DNA of 61,628 nt, counting the filler, from Choristocarpus tenellus KU-1152 (taxonomy: Eukaryota; Protista; Phaeophyceae), in assembly GCA_964200185.2 (NCBI GenBank). It is 8 parts of 8 records of this genome, joined end to end, with 100 filler letters (N's around TTAATTAATTAA, not from the genome) between each part and the next. Parts side by side here need not be neighbours in the genome. Positions count along the whole stretch, not along the records: positions 28,873 to 36,572 come from CAXNAD020005730.1; positions 36,673 to 40,450 come from CAXNAD020017977.1; positions 40,551 to 44,885 come from CAXNAD020015059.1; positions 44,986 to 48,569 come from CAXNAD020019116.1; positions 48,670 to 51,779 come from CAXNAD020022259.1; 3 more parts are not named here. One strand, written 5' to 3'. A model generated the notes under the pieces. The model was not told the origin of the DNA and searched no databases. It worked only from the letters and a program-made list of their open reading frames with translations. A program made the translations under genes and the position numbers. This document shows positions 35,125 through 51,515 of this stretch, piece by piece; within the stretch, counting starts at the first letter, position 1, and every line of letters starts with the position of its first letter.

Positions 35125-38100
35125 TGGCTGTCGAATTTCCCATAGAAGTAGAACGGTGATGTGAGGTCATGAACCCAAGGTTCACAGATTGTTAATGTTG
35201 TGAATGTTTGTTGGGGGAGATGTTTACGTAGGGTAGGAGTGGTTGGGCGTTCCAAGAGTAGGGAAGTAGATGCAGTGGACTGATGCTGTTTAAATACTCT
35301 TGTAACAGCTGCACCTAGAATGCTGTTGGAGTCTTGCTTGCACTTGATGAGGCTGGATTACAGGGCCAACATGACCCAAGAGATGAGAAGAGATGACTGG
35401 TCAGTCAATATCTCACCCCATAGCACAAGTTGGTGAAGTTTAACTCTTAGCAAGACACGCCAAACACCATCACCTCCTGCTCCATCTTTAGATTGCTCAT
35501 TTACTGAGGGTGACTTCACATCTAGTCAAGAATGCATCCATGAGGACAACATTGCTCACATTAGGGGATATCTCGTAATATTTGACATCGATTCTGCAGT
35601 ACATTCCAGTACTATTATTATGTGGATCACTTCAAGACTTGGTACAGGATGAACAAGTCACCTGATACAGTGCACACTCAAGACCTCAGTGAATACCATC
35701 ACAATGCCAGAGCATGGCACATACTTCCGAACAATGCACACTGTTCCCAAAATGCCTCCCAGGTAGTAAAGGTATCTCCTTCGGTCTCCCTGTCTTACCC
35801 ACAATAATCCCCCTAATGTATCAACTCCTCTGTGTCTGCTTGTTGCACAAAAAGATCCAACCTCTGGGGCAACTAGAGTCCATCTTCCCTATGTTTACAT
35901 CCTTGTAATTACATAATTGCAGTATGCAAAGAGAGAGACTGCACTTTGAGATGTGGGGGCAGGGGGGAGGATTTGAGAGTTACAAAAATGTTACTCTTCC
36001 CCTCTCTTGAACAAAAATAACCAACAGATTGAACATCTGTTACTTGAAACCACCATAGACAGGCAAGATGCTCTTTGGGTCAATAAGATATGCTGCACGA
36101 CCAGCATATGCCCCCCTGTGAAGATGCAGAAAACAGATAAGACCAAGACAAGGCAAGATGAGGATGTTACGAGATGCTGTGAGGGATGGAAATCAAATCA
36201 TCTGTGGGACAAAGGTAACATTTCACTTGAGCATGTTACAATGACTGCTTCTGCGTGATAGGCCTTGAGATAGTTTTGGATAAGAGATAAGGATTTCTTG
36301 CGTTATGCCTCACTCACACCCTGCAAAGCTCCTAAATATTTGACTGTGTACTCAGTAATGGTTCAGGTGCGAGGAGGGTCACGTACCTGTAGCTGTGTAC
36401 ATTTTCTATCATTTCCCAACCCATACCATGCTCGAAATTTCTCCTTTTTGTATACTTAGGATGATCTTTGTATCAAGTGAAAAAAAAAAAACTCTCAACC
36501 CCGTGTCAGGAAGAGTTCCCCAAGACATCCAACACTCCCACCACCCCTTTTTGTGAGGGCGGGGGCGGAGAANNNNNNNNNNNNNNNNNNNNNNNNNNNN
36601 NNNNNNNNNNNNNNNNTTAATTAATTAANNNNNNNNNNNNNNNNNNNNNNNNNNNNNNNNNNNNNNNNNNNNCCCCCTCCCAGATACTTTGGGTCATATT
36701 CTCCTCTTCTTATTGTATCGTGGGGAGGAATTGACGTTCTGACAAGGTTCAATAAAAATAGTAAATAACGATGGTTTTCGCAACATGGAACTCTACTTGT
36801 GAACCGTCTCAAAACATAGAGGGCGTAACTAAATCACTTCGTTTTAGATTGCCTCTGTGAGACATGCACCCTATGAATTGTACCAGTCCTTTAAAACAAA
36901 TTGTATTTTGAATGGTGTTAGTAGGAACACTTCCATTTGCTATTCTGGGCGATAGGTGCATCCACTAGATACGCATCTAACCTGTCACGTATATGTGACC
37001 CATGTACCATCCCTGACTTACTTGAGGTCTAAGTTTTTGGCCTCTTGTTGCGCCTGGTGTGACATTACGCTGCTGGACCATAGACCAAAGAAGCACCCTG
37101 GGCTCCTCTACCCGTTTTGACTAGCAAGAGGCTCCTTCTTTATGTCCACGAAACCCATCACTCAGCTTCCTCGTCCTGGACTTCTTTTATCAATGAGTGG
37201 GATCAGAAACTGATGACATACCCAGTCTCACCTTAGCACCAGATACTATGTATATTGGCATTGAACAGCATGCACCCGCCTATCCTGCACCTCCTCAGTC
37301 TGTCCCTCAAAACCTCCGTCTCCATTCCTTCAAGAAACTGCAACAGCCTAAACATTGCACTCAAGGTTGATAAACCAACTAATCGCTTCAATTCAATTCT
37401 TTACCTTAATGGTACACAGTACGAATGAAGATACCGTTGTTACGCACCAAACACATCACAATTAATTAACTTCCTCCATTCATCTACTCCGGAGTATGAC
37501 GCCTCCTGTGTTGTCTCGAAGTTGCAAAGCACATCCTCCCGCAACCCCCCTCCTCAACCTAACAGAATATCAAGGCAGAGAACGCTTTGGCAACAAGGAT
37601 AAGGGTGCTTCCAAGTACATACTGTTGAAGATAAGGCGACGAGCAGCAACGAGAGCAAAATATGTAACGTGTAGAATTCTGATGCTCTTTGCAGAGAATG
37701 GTTGTCAATGCCAAAAGAGGATAAATCTTGGGAGTCAACCCCATCCATAACCAAGTACACAACTGAAGCAAGGGCACTCTTTTCCCGTATCATTATGGAA
37801 GAGTATCATGCAGCCATCCAAGGACAATAGGTGTGATGACACTCAGAAGTATAAGATACTTCTAGGAAGTATGTATGTGCAGCTCTCCGCCTCCGGAATT
37901 GATCGTAGAAGTTGTCCACCATGTCAACTCCACTATCTCATAGTTATGGTGTGCGTACAAGACGTACATGTACGTGCATCATGCGTATCAGTGCTGGGAA
38001 CCATGTCAAGTAGATTGACAGCACGAGTGACAGCAGTTTCAGTCAAGTGGGAAAGAGCACACCATTATTTTGTGTGCCTGTGGGTCTCATTTATGGCAGC

Positions 38101-40670
38101 TCCCTAATGATGCTAGTGACATTTGATCAGTCATCACTCTTTCCTTAGTTGGTAGTAGTTGCGATGAACGAGGTCATTAGGTTGATGCGTTGTATCCACA
38201 TGCTGAGCATCTACTAAGCACATGCCATGCAAAATGCGTGTAGTGCCTTAAAGATAGATTCTAGAAAGCCAGTACTAACAGGTTTTCAACGGCACAATGA
38301 ATCCGTAGCATGAACATGGTCTCACTTGAAGTACTCACGGTACTAGCAGCATCCATAGTTTTTCTGAAAGTACCAACCACAAAAGTAGTGCAGCAATATT
38401 TTGGTAGTCTTCCTGGCACCTACAATCAGCATTGGAAATCAGGAAGGCCTCGGCAGTAGGCCCAGCAGAAAACTACCCACCTCTTGCGATTGCCACTGAA
38501 AAATTGATGAGTGGCGGGATAGTACAGTAGACGAATTGAAACTGTTGACATGTAGCGACATATTTCATTGTCGCATCTATCCTCCAATCAAAAATAGAAA
38601 AAATACTTTCCTTATTAATGCGATGAGGCAATAGGCATCACACTGTGCCTTCCTCACTTATGTTCCCTCACACCACTGCACACTTCAAACAAACAAAGTC
38701 CATGCACACACACAGCTATGTAACAACAGGAGTACTAGCTTAAGTGAATTGCACAGGCCTTCACACACGAACCACCAATGGATGCTTGAGCCCACGCTCG
38801 CACACATGACACAAACAAACGTTAAAAACACTGTAACAGCATGAAAAGCTCTGGACACTCAACAGCAAGACCTAGCTCCAAACCCCTTCGTGCCTCAGTC
38901 CTGTTCAAAACTGCCACCAAGAAGCTCAGATCACCAATGATGCTCCGAAAAGGACAGTGTAGATACTCCACCTCCCACTATACCACACGAAGGCACTCCT
39001 TCACAAACCTCCACTTCCCTCTGTCCTTGCCCAGCTTAATAGCAAAACAGAACACATGGACTGCATCCCTACTTCACTCAAAGGTCATGAAACAGTGGAG
39101 CATGTAAATGCTGCTTTGATAAGGGAGCTTGCATCTACGGCCATTAGCCCCCCCACCCCAGAAAAACAAGGTGCCCAAACCCCCAAGAACTTCTCTACTG
39201 CACAAAAAGGTGTATGTACCCTGCCTTGTCAAGCCCAGGTACTCAGTCTACAGCACTGCTTGAAAACATTCATTACTATCTCTTCAAGAAGTGCCCATCA
39301 ACTAAAATCGTAAACAGTCAATCGTTTCAACTGAACTTCCAAACCCCTGTCCACTGACCATGTCTCTAAACCTAATACAGAAGGCATGTCACAACAAAGG
39401 CCAAGAGCAGGCAGGAGAGTTTGCACAACCAAGGCGTCTATTGGATCAATCCCATATGCAAGACCTACATGATGCACCAGTTGTAACTATCGCTATTCAC
39501 GTCGCATCTCCTACACAAATTCCCGCTTGCACCACCTCGGATGTCAGACGCCTGTCCAACCCACACAGCTGTCAGCTACAAACCACAATCCTCTCCTAAA
39601 GATATTCACAGCAGGCGCCCCACCCCACTCTACCCAACTTAAACAATGTCACAGTTGCGACATATCCAGTCCCCAACACTCATCACCACGTCCTTACTCC
39701 TCTTCCCTGTAGTTAGCATCTGGTCGTCCCATCTGCACCACCTTCAAAATCCCCAGAACTATAGAGAATGAGAATGTTGCTATAAGGCTAGGTGTAAAAA
39801 ATGGCTCCAGTGTCTGCCAAACAGGACAAGGAGCAAGGGAAAGGGGGAGGGGGGGGGAGGGATGGAATCACTGAGAGTGGGGGGCACCGGGTCTAGAGTT
39901 AAAGGAGGCGAAGGGGGAGCTGGACAGTGTGTTTCTTGTTCCACCACCCTCACTTTAAACTTCAAACACAAAGTCACTTTGTCTTCTTTGAGTTGAGATA
40001 GAGAAGTTGAACGGGACCACATCTGACCAATCAAAAAGAGGTCAAAGAAGAAGAAGAAGAAGAAGAAGAAGAAGAAGGGACCCTCAGATGGCATGCAAGC
40101 ACCCAATCAAAACGGCCCACCAAAAGCAAGCCTACAAAAGTAGAGGTAACACAAGAACCAGACGACCATCGCACTTCGGCATGGATGATTGCTTATTGGG
40201 TCTGGAACAAATCCTCTTTGAAATTAATTATACATTAGAAGAAATAAAACATCATCACGGTTCCTCACTCTAAGAACCTCCGACTGCACTGCACATTGCT
40301 AAAAAAAATAAAAAGGAGCAGGGTACACACTGAACCGGCTCGGGCAAGACCTGGAAAGCACACGGAACGCTTCAAGGCGATTCATTTTTTTTTCTTTTCG
40401 ATACGAATCAATGTACTCCGCTCCACATAGGGTCAAAGTATCTGGGGGGGNNNNNNNNNNNNNNNNNNNNNNNNNNNNNNNNNNNNNNNNNNNNTTAATT
40501 AATTAANNNNNNNNNNNNNNNNNNNNNNNNNNNNNNNNNNNNNNNNNNNNGGGTGTTCCCCCCTTCTCGCAAAAAAGGGGGCGCGCGAGGCAGCCCCCCC
40601 CCCCCCTCCCCCCCCCAAGATACTTTGACCCACACTGTGTGATTTTATTGTTGCTGAAGTCCTTTGAGTA

Positions 40671-43600
40671 CCTAGGATTGTTCAATGCTTCCTTCTCTGC
40701 CACATCAGTTGCACTAATGTCGACCACTCGCAGTGTCTGATTGCTGGAGAGGCACACTGCAGTCGATAGAATAACTTTGTCAGAGAGCTTTGTCAGCCCG
40801 CCTAATCGAATCTGAATAGAAGTGTGAGAGAGTAGAGGGCTCAGGTGGCGTGAGAGAATGATTGCTGAAGTGAAGGAGGCTGTAACAAGGGATTCACATT
40901 TTTCATTCTATAGCAATAATGTGCTCTTGCTGTGCTAGAGTTCTATGTGAGGATTGATGGGTGTACACAATGCATTCAATGTCTTAAAGGAAGTACTACA
41001 GCTTGCATAGGCGGACGTGAACAAGGGGTCCTAGGTCTATTTGGGGCCAGGTCTGTTGCGCACAAAGGTCAATTCCCCTCAAAGTTAGGGGGTGTAGCTG
41101 ATTGTAATCCTAAAACATTGGTTTTGCATCTGCTTCTTGAAGGAACAGTAGGTAGGAGGAATGGATCGGAGAAATGGGGAAGATATTGGGTTTAGAATTG
41201 GTATCATGAATGCCCCTCAGCATGCTCCTATTCATAAATTTGTTAAGATAAAATATTGGATCTCATGAAAGGAGACTATTAATATCCATCAACTACCAAT
41301 ATGCTATATCATATTCCCTTTTATTTGAACAGCACAAAGACAAAGCAAGCTACGAACAAATATACTTGAGAGGGGAAGGGAAGGCTTGTTGAGAAACAAC
41401 AAAGCCCAAGCAAGACCTGTAAATGGATAACAGAAACATCGGCAAGGAACGAAGGCTAGATTAGAATAATATTGTTCTGTTCTATCTAATGCGATCACAA
41501 TTCCAACACGAATAAGCCTCGGCATATCTTGTGTTTGCATATCTTGTGTTTGCAAATTACGAGAATATTGGAGATATTTGTTGCCGGTGGTAAATATGAA
41601 GCAGATAGGATAGTTGCAACTGTTGTCAAACACCCCCCCATCCCTGTTCCTAAATAGTTTGCCTAGAATGTTGAAGAGATGTCTTCTTCTATGCATACTC
41701 TTCGTGTACCTGCGGATATAAGCATGTCATCATGTACAAGAACAGCCAGACAGCCAGACAGTCAGGGCGATCAGCCTCATGATTATTTTTTTTTTGATCT
41801 CTCTTCCATTGTGCCCACGTGAGGGCATTCTCATAAATACTTCAAGGGCGGTTCACAATTTGCTATGTAAAAAAAGGTGAAACTGTTGTGAGGGATGACA
41901 TACATCAAAGGCTCTGCCTCGCTCCCTAATACATTTGCAGTCAAGAGGTTGCAAGCGTGTTGCAAAAAACTATGCTAGGCCAATAGAATAGCCTAGAAGC
42001 CACATTGAACCAATGACATGAATTCACTGTTGCAACCTGAGTCAAAGCATTTAAGAGGGTAGGGCCAGGTCCATTCAAGGTCCAAAATCCAATGTTGCAA
42101 TTTTGATTAATTTTGGGTATCTTGTTTGTTAGCAAGTGCCAATATCCTTGGTTTGGACACACCTTTCATAGTTGTACACATTTTGGATAACTGTGTTCAC
42201 ATAAAATACCGAAAAAGGGCATTAAAAAACTGTGGGAAGCCAAGCCCTGAATGGACAAACAGGTCAAAACTCCTACCCTCTTAAATACTTTCGGTCACCT
42301 CCCCTATCCCCTCAACCTATCTGTTAGCCCTACCAAGTACCGGCATCACTCAAGTACTGCCTACAAGAAAGGACCGGGCTTGGGCTATTTAAACATGCCA
42401 CTGAATTAAACACGAAGGCAATACACAAAAAGGGAAAGGGTGGCTCACTGTGTGGAGTGAGGAAACACTCAGAGCCTGTAGGATAGCTGAGGCTCCGGTG
42501 AGGCCAATGTTGTTCCCCGTCAGATCGAGTTCCTCAAACCTGATTGAATTGAGAAATGGAATACATATATTGAAGGTTAATGTGGATGAGAAAAGAAGAG
42601 GCCAGGGAACTGCCAATTTTATAGTTGTCTGACTGACTTGGACGGAGAAAATTTAGTCGGCCTAGTATCAACACAAGAGGATGAGTCGTGAGCTGAGAAA
42701 CACGTAAGTGTTCCAGGGGTCCAGCATGATGGGGATGTGAAGAGGCTGTGCAGACAATCTTCCTGCTTGCCCCCATTAGGGCGCAGAATAGATCATTGGG
42801 TTCTTCACTGTCCAACCTACAGTCGGTTGGCTTGGCCCGGCTGAGTGTGTTAGAGTAGCAGTATATGCATCCAAGGAATCAGCTACAAGGTACATGCGTG
42901 TATCAACACAGGAGGAGGAAGAGAGGGACACATTGCTGTGGGTAGCAGGGTTGAGGAGTGTACAGTTTTCTTCACATGTGTGGAAGGAGTGATGCCAAGG
43001 CAGAGTGAAGCAGTTGAGGTTGAAAGAGCGGATGCATCTTGTAGGTTCGGTTCAATATCACAAGTTATTTATACTATGCTGGCATAAAATGCTGCTGCTT
43101 GTGCAATGTCCTCACACCTCCTCGACCTATTAATACCATTCCACAAATATTGACTAATCTAGATGTACATGTTGTATAGTAGAGAAAATTGTTAACCTGC
43201 TCCAACAAAACTTGATCAGAGTAGGAAACAACAAAATAGACATGTCCATGATTTGCTTCCATACCATCCATCACTTCTGTAGTTACAAATTGTTCTGATG
43301 GTGGACATAATTTCCATCCCTCGTTGATCTTCTCAAGGTAACCAACAATAGCACTGCAGTCCCTATTGAAATCAGAATTGAGTGTTGCATCACTCCACAT
43401 GCTACAACAGGACTAAAGCAATACAGTACTTGCCTGAAGGCATGCCTTTGCTTAATCACATTTGCCAGTGCAATTGCTCCATTGTCTCCAATCTGGTTCC
43501 TCCCGAGTCGAACGACCTTTAAAGGACACCAAAATCTTCGAAGGAATGGTACACCGCCCACAGATGCAGAACCTGAGTTATTTTCCTCTCTTGGCAGCAC

Positions 43601-43746
43601 CTTTCCTCCCTCAAGAAGGTGTTGGAGTGAAGATGGCTCTGAGATTGTCGTGAGATTCAGTCTGTTGCTGGAGAGGTTGATGCTGCGCCGGAGACCCTCT
43701 ATGAACGCCCAAATGCCCTTGTCTGTCACATTGTTCTCACTCACAT
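40671..43746 (-). CDS. Partial RNI-like leucine-rich-repeat protein
   Basis: Exons encode DVSENNVTDKG, LKVVRLGRNQIGDNGAIALANVI, FEELDLTGNNIGLTGASAILQAL and LSSNQTLRVVDIS. Both ends lie outside the contig or are unresolved. Confidence 0.75.
42039..42296 (+). mobile_element. MITE, 258 bp, with imperfect terminal inverted repeats and a 4-bp ACCT target-site duplication
   Basis: Left end GAGTCAAAGCATTTAAGAGGGTAG; right end CTACCCTCTTAAATACTTTCGGTC. ACCT at 42035-42038 and 42297-42300. Internal sequence matches the copies at 43840, 44654 and 59015. Confidence 0.8.
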
Positions 43747-43839
43747 CTATACTCCACACAAAGTCGGGATAGATTCAATGCTTGTTGAGTTGGAGGCAGT
43801 TTGATAGTTCCATATATATTCTAGTTCTGTGAATAAGGT

Positions 43840-44098
43840 GAGCCAAAGTATCTTAGAGGGTAGGTCCGCGTCCATTTGGGGGCCAAAATCCAAAGTTGCG
43901 ATTTTGATGCAATTTTGGCTATCGTGTTTGCTAGCAAGTGTTGATATCCTTGTTCCGGACACACCTTTGCATAATGTATACATTTTACCTACCCCGAAAC
44001 ATTTTGGAGTCGGAAAATGTAAAAAAAACAAACATAGGAAGCCAAGACCCAAATGGACAAACAGGGCAAAACTCGTACCCTCTAAGATACTTTCAATG
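43840..44098 (+). mobile_element. MITE copy, same family
   Basis: AAAGTATCTTAGAGGGTA ... TACCCTCTAAGATACTTT is a perfect 18-bp inverted repeat; the interior is colinear with the 42039 copy. Confidence 0.8.
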
Positions 44099-44653
44099 TA
44101 TTGTGGATACGCAGTGTTTGTAGGACATGAATACCAGAGTGAATCAAGCAGATTGTGGGCAAGGTATAGCTAGGCTAGATTACTTGAAACGAAGCAAGGG
44201 GGAGTGGAGAATCGTTCCTTGATTTTTTGACCAGAATTATCTAGTCCAATTCATCTCTCTCTATTTATCATTCATTTTTTCTTGACACAAGGGTGTGGAG
44301 GGACAGAAACAATGTTGCTACCAGACGGGGATGGTATACAACAAGTTGAGTTGGGATTGGGAAGAAGGTGTGATTTCTTATGCCAGAGAGTGATGATATG
44401 TATGCACATTTAGCACACTTTTGACATGAGTTAGAGTAAATGTTCTACATGTCTTGTACAAAAGGGAATTTATACAGTCAATGACAACATGTTGGTGCCA
44501 CTCCACAACTAGGGTCGTACGTCCAGTGAGACAACCAAGAGAACCTCTAAGGTACCCTTATTCAAGAACTTCCATGCAGGAGCAATGCTTCCAAAATTTT
44601 GACGCTCTTAAGCTTAGAACAGCGTGCTGCAATTTCAACCCCTCCACATGTAT

Positions 44654-44885
44654 GAGTCAAAGTATCTTAGAGGGTAGAGCCATGTCCATCTGGGGGGGGC
44701 CAAAGTCCAATGTGGCGATTTTGATGAAATTTTGGCTATTGTTTTGTTACGAAGTGCCATTATCCTTGTTCCGCGCACACATTTTTATGTATACATTTAA
44801 CCTATTCCGAAATATTTCGGAGTAGGAAAATGTCATTAAATAAAGGCTCAAAGTATCTAGGATGGGGTGGCGGCTGTCCATTTGG
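44654..44885 (+). mobile_element. MITE copy interrupted by a second related element starting at 44845; truncated by the contig end
   Basis: GAGTCAAAGTATCTTAGAGGGTAG at 44654 and a new GGCTCAAAGTATCT terminus at 44845. Confidence 0.7.
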
Positions 44886-45614
44886 NNNNNNNNNNNNNNN
44901 NNNNNNNNNNNNNNNNNNNNNNNNNNNNNTTAATTAATTAANNNNNNNNNNNNNNNNNNNNNNNNNNNNNNNNNNNNNNNNNNNNGAGGGGATAAGGGGG
45001 CGCGAGTGGGTCTGGGGAGGGAATCGTGGGGAGCGGGAAAGGAGGAACCACAGTAAACATACTTCCATTCAGCATTTCACACAACTGCAATAAAAAATAA
45101 AGTTTTTCCCCTGTTTGCGGGCAGGCGTGCACGGTACATTCCTCAATTATTGACAATCATGGGGGCGTGTGTAGGAGTTGGGCAACAGGCACGCACACAG
45201 AGTAGGCTACAGGCATAGATAAAAGGATGACCAATGGCCTGTCGACATCACAATCTCAAATATTTTGTGTCACACACACATGCTTTTGATCAAACGTGTG
45301 CGTACTCACGGTGTGCTCATCGTGAAGCCATGCATCAAGCTGGAGCATGGATGGCGTTTACATATAGGACTTACTGCTGCAAACACAAAAAAAGCATCAA
45401 AACCAGACAAAAGCGGGCAAACACACACTCACACTCACACGCACACACACACACACACACACACAGACAAGCAACCCATCCCCAACACCTAATTCCTCCA
45501 AAAAAAAAAACACTCCGACCAACCGATTCCTCTGTCAGGCTCCAAACACCAAACAATACCCAAAACTACCATATGGACCGACTCATCACCCTGCCCACCC
45601 TAACCCTAACCCTA

Positions 45615-47580
<1,966 letters not shown>

Positions 47581-48111
47581 TCAGGAGGTAAGGGACACAG
47601 CACATGCTGAGACAGAATAGAGGTGAGGACGCGAGGGAGAGGAACGCCTGCACACACCCATCCCCCGAGTACAATCATTCGATTTCAAACTGTCTTCATT
47701 GTCGATGGTCAAAGCTGTCAAGATTTCAAACGGAGGGAAAAGCTGTTTGTCGACCTACTTCAATACCTACTTCAATACCTACTTCAATACCTACTTCACA
47801 GCATTCGTGATAGGCAATCCATCAACATCAAAAACCCCACCAAAATATGTCACTCTCTAAGCCAAGTCACGTATCATTTCAGACCTGCCACCACCGCCTG
47901 CAATGTCTGCAAACGCCAGAAAACTAATATCAAAATCCCATCACGCTCCAACCCCCCCCCCCCCCCCCCCCCCCCACCCCCCCCCCCCCCCAAAAAAAAA
48001 AAAAAAAAAAAAAAAAACAAAAACAACACAACAAANNNNNNNNNNTTTTTTTTCTTTCACCCCCCCCCCCCCCCCCTTCATTTGTACAAAAACCAACAAA
48101 AAAAAAAAAAA

Positions 48112-48154
<43 letters not shown>

Positions 48155-48861
48155 CCATAACACTCTACTGTAAAAAAAAAAACTCCGACACAGTCGTGGA
48201 AGAGACCAACCGTTTTGCATATCCGCCATGTTTCCTCCAACATCTAAAAAACAAGTGCATTCGCACTGTGGGCAGAGTGTCAGCACACACGGGTTTCCAT
48301 GTATGGATAAGGCATTGTGTGGTCTCTTGTACTGCACAATCACACATTCCGTCCTTGAAAATCAGGGACCTACACCGGACCAGCCTTGATGCATTTTTTT
48401 TTTCCCCTTCCAGATGTGGAGATGAGACGCAGAATTTCAAGATATCGGAAGGGAAAGTGTGGTGTACAAAAATCGAAGTTTCACCTCGTGTTCAATATCT
48501 GAACCCCCCCCCCCCCCCCCAAAAAACCCAATCCTCACGTATAAATATTACATAAAAAAAAATTATAAANNNNNNNNNNNNNNNNNNNNNNNNNNNNNNN
48601 NNNNNNNNNNNNNTTAATTAATTAANNNNNNNNNNNNNNNNNNNNNNNNNNNNNNNNNNNNNNNNNNNNTTTTTTTTTAAAAAAACAGAAAAAAAAAACT
48701 AAAAAAAAAGGGGGGGGGGGGGAGGAGGGTACATGGTGTCATCAAGGCATGGTGGAACACAGGACAGAAGAAAATAAACTATAGTCATGGGTAGATTAGG
48801 GATGAAAAGGTATGAAACATCAGGCACAAACAAACCTGGAATTGTAGCAACACAATCATGG

Positions 48862-49020
48862 TGGTCCAGTCAGGGAAAAATGCATAGAAATGATAAAGTT
48901 GACAGTATAATATGACTTATTAAACATACACAATAAATATCTGTTTATGGTAGTCCAGCCAGGGAAAAGTACGTAGAAACGGTAAGGTTGACAGAATAGT
49001 ATGACTTATTAAACATATAC
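48862..49020 (+). repeat. Two-copy diverged tandem duplication, period about 89 nt
   Basis: GTCCAG.CAGGGAAAA..TAGAAA..GTTGACAG.ATA.TATGACTTATTAAACATA occurs twice. Confidence 0.75.
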
Positions 49021-50225
49021 CATAAGCAGTACATCTGCATATCAACGGTGTCATTTATACAGTCATACCAATTCGCCAACCACCCTGGTATGTACTCAGT
49101 GGAAATCTCTAATTTAATGCCAAAATCACTGGGTCGCTGAGAAATCGGCAGAGCATATACCCCCCTGAGTCCAGAATATTTGAAAAAGAAGTATGTACAC
49201 CATCAGGTTGAATAGTTCGAAAGGAGTTGTTCAGGACACCAAAATAAGACTTGTGGAATGTCGGAATATACTCAAAATATGGAGATCTAAAAGGAAAACT
49301 CATTTTTTTTGTTTGCAACTATCGGAATTGTATGTATATGATGCACTTGCAAGGAGAGTACCAATCAACTGAAGTAACTTTACTCACTATGCTGACACCC
49401 GGCCTAAGACTCTAAAACTGTGCATAGGTGTTATTCCCCTGCTTTTTTTCAGAGGAATCAGAAGGTTTTTTCAACTATGCAAGGTTCTAGAGGAAATAGG
49501 ACCACAAGGGCAGAAGGTCAGCAACATGATGTAACACAACACCATCCCTACAATAGGCAGTGCAGTTGCATCTTCGTGATTATCAGAGACTTAAAAAAAC
49601 CCAACTAAACCCTTGCATTAACACGTTCAAAGCTGTCAAAACTGCCTGGTAATCATCACTGAGAAACAACAAAGAGTATCATCCAAAGGAAGTGGGAGTG
49701 CAACACCACCCTTGTCGATAAGGTATGAGCAACTGGCAATTAAAAAAAAGGTCCCAGCGATAGCATGCAGCAGTATGACAAAGATAGCCCAGTGTTGTGG
49801 TATCCCAAGACCAGCATCCACCATGAAAAAAACACAGGGAAGTCTTCATCTCAGATACCGATGCCCAGAGCATAAAAGCACACTACATCCAAAGAGATAC
49901 AAAATTTTCCAGTTTACAATCCGCTACTGCAAGCTCACAAAGTTGTGGCAAAATGAGCCAGAAATGATGACCTTTGAGTAGGTTGTGCAAGCAGTCAACA
50001 CTACAGCAGGGGGCCCTCCCCGAGTTTCCGTTCAAAATGCCACCAAAATTGATTCCCAAGCTCATGAAATTATGCGTACAAACAACTCCTAGTTCAGATC
50101 TAACCCAATGAATGGTAGACCCCAAGATTTCCGAACTCATAGCTCCTAGTAAAAAAATCGATTCAGGTCCTCCAAAAGAAGTCTAAGGCTTCTGCAGTAT
50201 ATCTTACAAATCTGCATCTACTCAC

Positions 50226-51515
50226 CAAGAGTCCCACTGCCACGACTTCAACCAGTGGCTGACGCCCACTCCCACGAATGTGCTCCGATACCCATCCATG
50301 AGAGGTGCGGTAGCGGGTGATCCCATGAAGGCTCGCCGCCCTTAACACAGTGTAGTCGGTAGTCCATGAAAGGGTTAGTGAGGATTAACATTATTAGCAT
50401 CATCGAAGACATACAAAATGATACTTGAGTATTTTAAGTCCCGCCTAGTAGGCACTTCCACCTACCTGTACTACAGACTGGTCCATGATGGTGTACACAA
50501 GTCCAACACAGCTGTACACCATAGTTTGAATCTTTTTCTACACTTTTATTTAGAGTGAGGGGTTGAGGATCCAGGTAAGGTTGGAAAGGATATTTGAACA
50601 AATAACGTGGCACCAGGCTGTACCAGCAGGGGAGGCAAACGCCACCAGAAGACATTAGTAACTTATTGAACCACAAAACACAACCCTGACCCTGGCTGGA
50701 TATCTCCATCAGCTACACACAATCCTTCCACCTTGAGCATTTTTTAACCATCAACACCCACCCTTGAACTCTAAAATCCTCACCTCCCATATGCAGTTAC
50801 AATATTGCCATAGTGAAGAACATGAAGTGGGGTTCCACTGTCACTGTCTATGTTGGCTGTTACTGGGGCCCCATCCTGCACCACACACATGTGTATACCA
50901 TCATTCAGGATAAGAGTTAAGAGGAGTGGGAGATAGGAGGCTAGCATAGGTGAACAAAATGGGAGGACAAAGCAACACACATGGATTACAAAGAAGAAAA
51001 GTACGTAGGACCAGACCAATCAGCAGGACAACTCATCAAAAGCAAAACATATGAAATGTTAAAACACAACATAGATAGACACAAACTGAACACCACCACA
51101 AACCTACAATATCTCCCCTACAAACCAAAACACCATTTTACCTCTTCACACAAACTATTTTGGAACACACCAACTCACACAAAATACTGTGACAAATCCA
51201 AGATTTATCCCCTACCAAGACAAAAATAAATTCCTGGAATATTCAACACTAACAAAAAAATCTTCATACCATCACAAACTGCTGTTGGACCAAAACACAG
51301 CGTGACTCTATGTAACACAGTGCGACTATATATCCTCTCCTCACCTGACATACCACCTGGATACGGAAATAACCAGGCTGTGACCACGGCAGTGAGGAAA
51401 CATCCTTTCCCTCACCCCCCACCCCTGCACCCTCAGCCCTGGCAGCAATAGCAGCACCAGCCTTCTTAGCAAAGTTAAACAACCATGCCTGATGGTCCTC
51501 CCTAGCACGTTGCAC
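50226..51515 (-). CDS. Partial uncharacterised protein with an SH3-like beta motif (exons 51515-51345, 50875-50784, 50340-50226)
   Basis: Phase-consistent GT-AG exons give YFRIQVVCQDGAPV..DSGTPLHVLHYGNIV..GITRYRTSHGWVSE. Confidence 0.55.

Noticed and set aside
33621-35255. Long antisense Phe/Leu/Ser-rich ORFs (also 53772-54830, opposite the RS gene)
   Set aside because: They are shadows of low-complexity purine-rich sense codons.
36673-40450. Possible exons or retroelement remnants in this contig (also 28873-31000 and 35300-36500)
   Set aside because: Scattered splice-like sites, but no consistent reading frame or recognisable motif could be supported.
47623-48555. 310-aa poly-Pro/poly-Lys ORF
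   Set aside because: It is built from C and A homopolymers with an internal N gap near a contig end; low-quality sequence.
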